IMG/VR virus record: IMGVR_UViG_3300033146_001994
Coordinates: 1-64,000 of that record
Length of the DNA: 64,000 bases
DNA from: a virus
Direction: 5' to 3' (one strand)
Below the pieces are notes generated by a model. The model had not been told where the DNA came from and ran no database searches. It saw only the letters and a program-made list of their open reading frames with translations. Position 1 is the stretch's first letter; every line of letters begins with the position of its first letter. Positions 63,801-64,000 of the stretch are shown here, piece after piece. Both the position numbers and the translations under genes were made by a program.

Positions 63801-64000
63801 CAGTGACACAAACTTCTAAAAACTGGCTTACTGATGTTATTTCTTTAGATGACTTTGTAGATTTATCGGGGAATACTAAAACAGGAGATGAGTTACTTGC
63901 TGATTATAATGCAGAATTACAAAAAATCTATGACGCTTCGTTTGAAAATTTAAAGACATTTTTAGGGGTAAAGATAGATGGTAAAGGACGTTTGGATTTA
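54854..64000 (+). CDS. Giant virion RNA polymerase-like polyprotein (3' truncated, >=3049 aa)
   Basis: ATG 54854; same frame open at every segment I translated through 64000 and no other + ORF in the track; HEYLH zincin motif (58250-58264); ENLGKRL...APG and TDAQEF near 63050-63250. Confidence 0.8.
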   Translation, partial: MLNPEINKTNIESTEIDGNKVTPIINKNIKGTSTSTRINTALDDIPVVDMETISSNLKKAELTKNKEDEIPPEQQVTNALSEMEEIDINSIPKYKTNIDSRFKDTFDTKEFKIGSDVYELIDDYADYTDQENGDFSYSQILNKYGSFYEADAQTQGGFTKVMKGIPRILTRATHDVVDMGLHTAGFARWIFKDGLDKNKFVDVVDNSYTRAADNFFKELDNAALTKIYNRAEYNTANFGSSLMSAEFWGEDAASGIGSFLSFLVPGAALKVLNISKGLELLGMGAKLAGKMEVGIGAGINTVMESSAEAAGVVNDLKAQGITDRNVLSVQGLKSFADNVLITAAPNMIMQGLMFGKSSPNKFKTANGLWKNPKQIISEMSVGNTLKTIGEPLISEGAEEIFQYGSEQNRSNKEDFEENYFTGMLNSIKRTAVGLGETEGQKSLFLGSLLGALGGVRGAVRDKKARLSTAEGLRKSLTEINNSFIGLENLYKTKVEYDDAGNPTIKLDLKDGLIVEKDPEKIYKELQRIGGLYARSVVIEALHIKNAGEVDASAKIEELPLSIEQKDYINSLSEKAAKEAYSDEMNNSILEWIIPHLAVEGGAEVANNKLDEVLNSSSIVGKYLKESKLTDFFKEQINSLQEEYIDLETHPEKLKVTAKTDKHIKYKNAFIERLKIMKLSALFNTNLLDAKIKDKEAEIEKLLKASEDLSKSAEFAYAKKRGTRRKKSNNTARNRELKAQIQQKKEEFKNLTDNNLQDNKDIQKEIQELEKEQKKVQEQETQEQLEQEKTQSKVHPEYALEHKRLASELKALYEEKEYFQKQSAGLTNKNSRQDLFDNFVGIKYKNKYKQAKYEAEQNLKKEKQTAERYSIITANQYNSKLRKLQLDLNSVNVNKISETLDKYTKDINEDTKLSDEHKKTLLDTISKFKSVLDEVNSTRNVQVEALNMMLNNNVEGLQQLLTDISNDKNLSTKEYTILNIYVNKLLDDLMIYGAVRVAAKSIARSTIDKNGKKVTVITDVINNDFEEANEKNKKKIDSYNATGILEKEPTKKSTKEPTKKSVRNVTKDTAKNVLLAILQHGTEREKVLAKNLLNVLDFSAIKFEYSNELNAPGKHNKGTITINTKLSINATTLHEYLHALLYQKDSTEYFNTIKAIFESTLKSFEENADEASKEMYKRMTEAFNKNHNLKDFLDSLTDEEVVLAEKLYGLLNESEFHSTITTDEDFQRYLDSLGIKVDGISVVKRTLKTFFKEILKIFNSFTGKILKKDDPLYQSLVALANLQTVEDVSTVENESTENESTKNATDDITVTEELIKNEPISPENPIEPKNPIEPIEPNDNNFPDAPNPIPDLEVSQVDNIENENENTNEPDFKQDDVVIYKGEVYTVVRLTKARVVIADVNNNTKAVHPKSLTLESSNTVIDEFEDTQKTVKINTENEIKAEQYSVKEVESIDNETTTNEEFQTKANAVAHKTIEDVGNADGTHSSKEVTNTGRNLIDAHLQKGDKVTLVAVDDDSIEMYTFDEAGNRKTTTWGEFKKTASSQEDIIDYQPIGIYSNGKLIGYIHTSDWVFNNAETFENGVKESEKLHNIRKDILVKEGNIEVKVESVTGGVLSIAEVAKNGIFYPEKDTLENRISEDTPIIIMHANGSISSTHNINTTELLENNTNLIYGHPYIVIKDLNGSLRAVAIRHNTLDNLLALNPTHTIKALVAAAIFSTTKGNLDSIEFEPFKNLVAKGIEYAKQLNIDITPDNVAKYSLTGENGSTLSLVNYISQFLYQQSDGEFENAVQEQSTKKNGKPAFKFKVVTVNNINTLQFNFISEFLTANGDDGVRFINLMNSKANVISNQRKILNILNGSFTDALSAQRTNLNAEALRNNRTIKVVNESNGEIETLDYNTYARKATTTILEASKDNDDNLYHFIQPTVRLDLSSIKDNSKRTQLTEEEISSITPSATNNNVVEADTGEGLDDEFAFTHRDLKELKESTENLLVHGTTLKLQTRILNVLNTEVYNYILKEGNISNGYKLSGAKIEAFLDSKIEELKHNVELTKTEPNKKANRIGRYSKTQYKSLDKILNSSDTIKYNIKRALNTTLGITHSEELEDLINDSRGKQQNWDMDSFQINPNIGISAEVKIFLSTLTTGKFLGFNMSRSMNDSFKILRNVLKDLPPNKKVMLNELAKFTKAYPEFKILIEKLNDASNQQISNKFVSQMCGHVASGVFIFENTAYSKDSKKTETVVTVEKSDANDITKVILNKWAKNLFDSKYVKLENGEHYFTDKKGIIKELESIKVVNIATLKPVLDALGIKLSDELYNEIETGKYFYKGKKVTLTVVRNLVKLTLTSSKDTASTAARNVSLETSNIFGQTFLKALAKEDSKYNATETANAHMEGTKKVYSYGLNYRLKQLEAKLLGKFDNFSSYAKGTFTSIFSRNSAWLKNAYYIDKDGNIKPRENSSFLANFAIGTVSLQAHKKAKAKNKDNADFRAIERKEKEITALGFMHASRTDNSGNNDRIISLLYLTPSNKKKSPIVTVPAFKANFKPFSAENDNYEYTEETIQRMFEQLVAPELDRIRSFEQLEAVNKLDIATNYKNGYKAFYTIPALNALYINEDGSLRADYNSDNVRRRAKKLMLSTLSKLTSETTDYWVKEGIGVTTDRFNSPHINSKFLSSEHVTLDKRTPRKLLVSIALDFNLQYLIGNANMAMTLAGDIASFYKGKVPIQNLSAEDKNAAIQVAFENLGKRLAKDIAPGTEYTDNTEDGSESNITYAVAADLRLDSNALEEIKKVSNENNFKGITATDAQEFVTFTHRLSLLARDGSISEILADKIINIVKSEIKKGNHFYMDNVRAILSPKELKEFNTIIFKPTKLEYTGNTFNKVDADTNIKQELYVKSSDIVLQQEELYGKQLDKVRIAMEKAEVDRLPFSTAAKISGQSNEKHVKLFNETGDVLDVETITENLNNGKFVVSLRGLKEQQKLPSHGENSHINTVTQTSKNWLTDVISLDDFVDLSGNTKTGDELLADYNAELQKIYDASFENLKTFLGVKIDGKGRLDL

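Noticed and set aside
1-64000. Genome-wide TAG or TGA reassignment
   Set aside because: Large genes are intact in the standard code, and TAG/TGA end genes at sensible boundaries (e.g. 16766, 28339, ATGA overlaps).
1-64000. tRNA or rRNA genes
   Set aside because: No cloverleaf or T-loop signature noticed in the short intergenic gaps by eye; tRNAscan was not run.

Overview
This AT-rich window comes from a crAss-like (Crassvirales-type) dsDNA phage, most likely infecting a Bacteroidota host. It uses the standard genetic code, and essentially all credible genes lie on the + strand. Order: (1) 1-860, the end of an array of tiny genes separated by ~122-124 nt imperfect inverted repeats whose architecture matches integron attC/gene-cassette logic (the most unusual item); (2) 936-20450, replication and nucleotide metabolism (dUTPase, PolA split by a group I intron, SF2 helicase, DnaB-like helicase split by a second group I intron, AAA ATPase, SSB, primase, rIIA/rIIB, PD-(D/E)XK nucleases, UDG, RadC/JAB, ThyX); (3) 20740-50020, packaging, head, tail and lysis (HU/IHF-like, TerL with a LAGLIDADG intein, portal, MCP, ring/muzzle proteins, tail fibres, amidase, holin); (4) 50089-64000, ejected cargo proteins and a >3000-codon virion RNA polymerase-like ORF that runs off the window and is missing from the ORF track. 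All assignments come from motif recognition and synteny by eye; no database searches were run.
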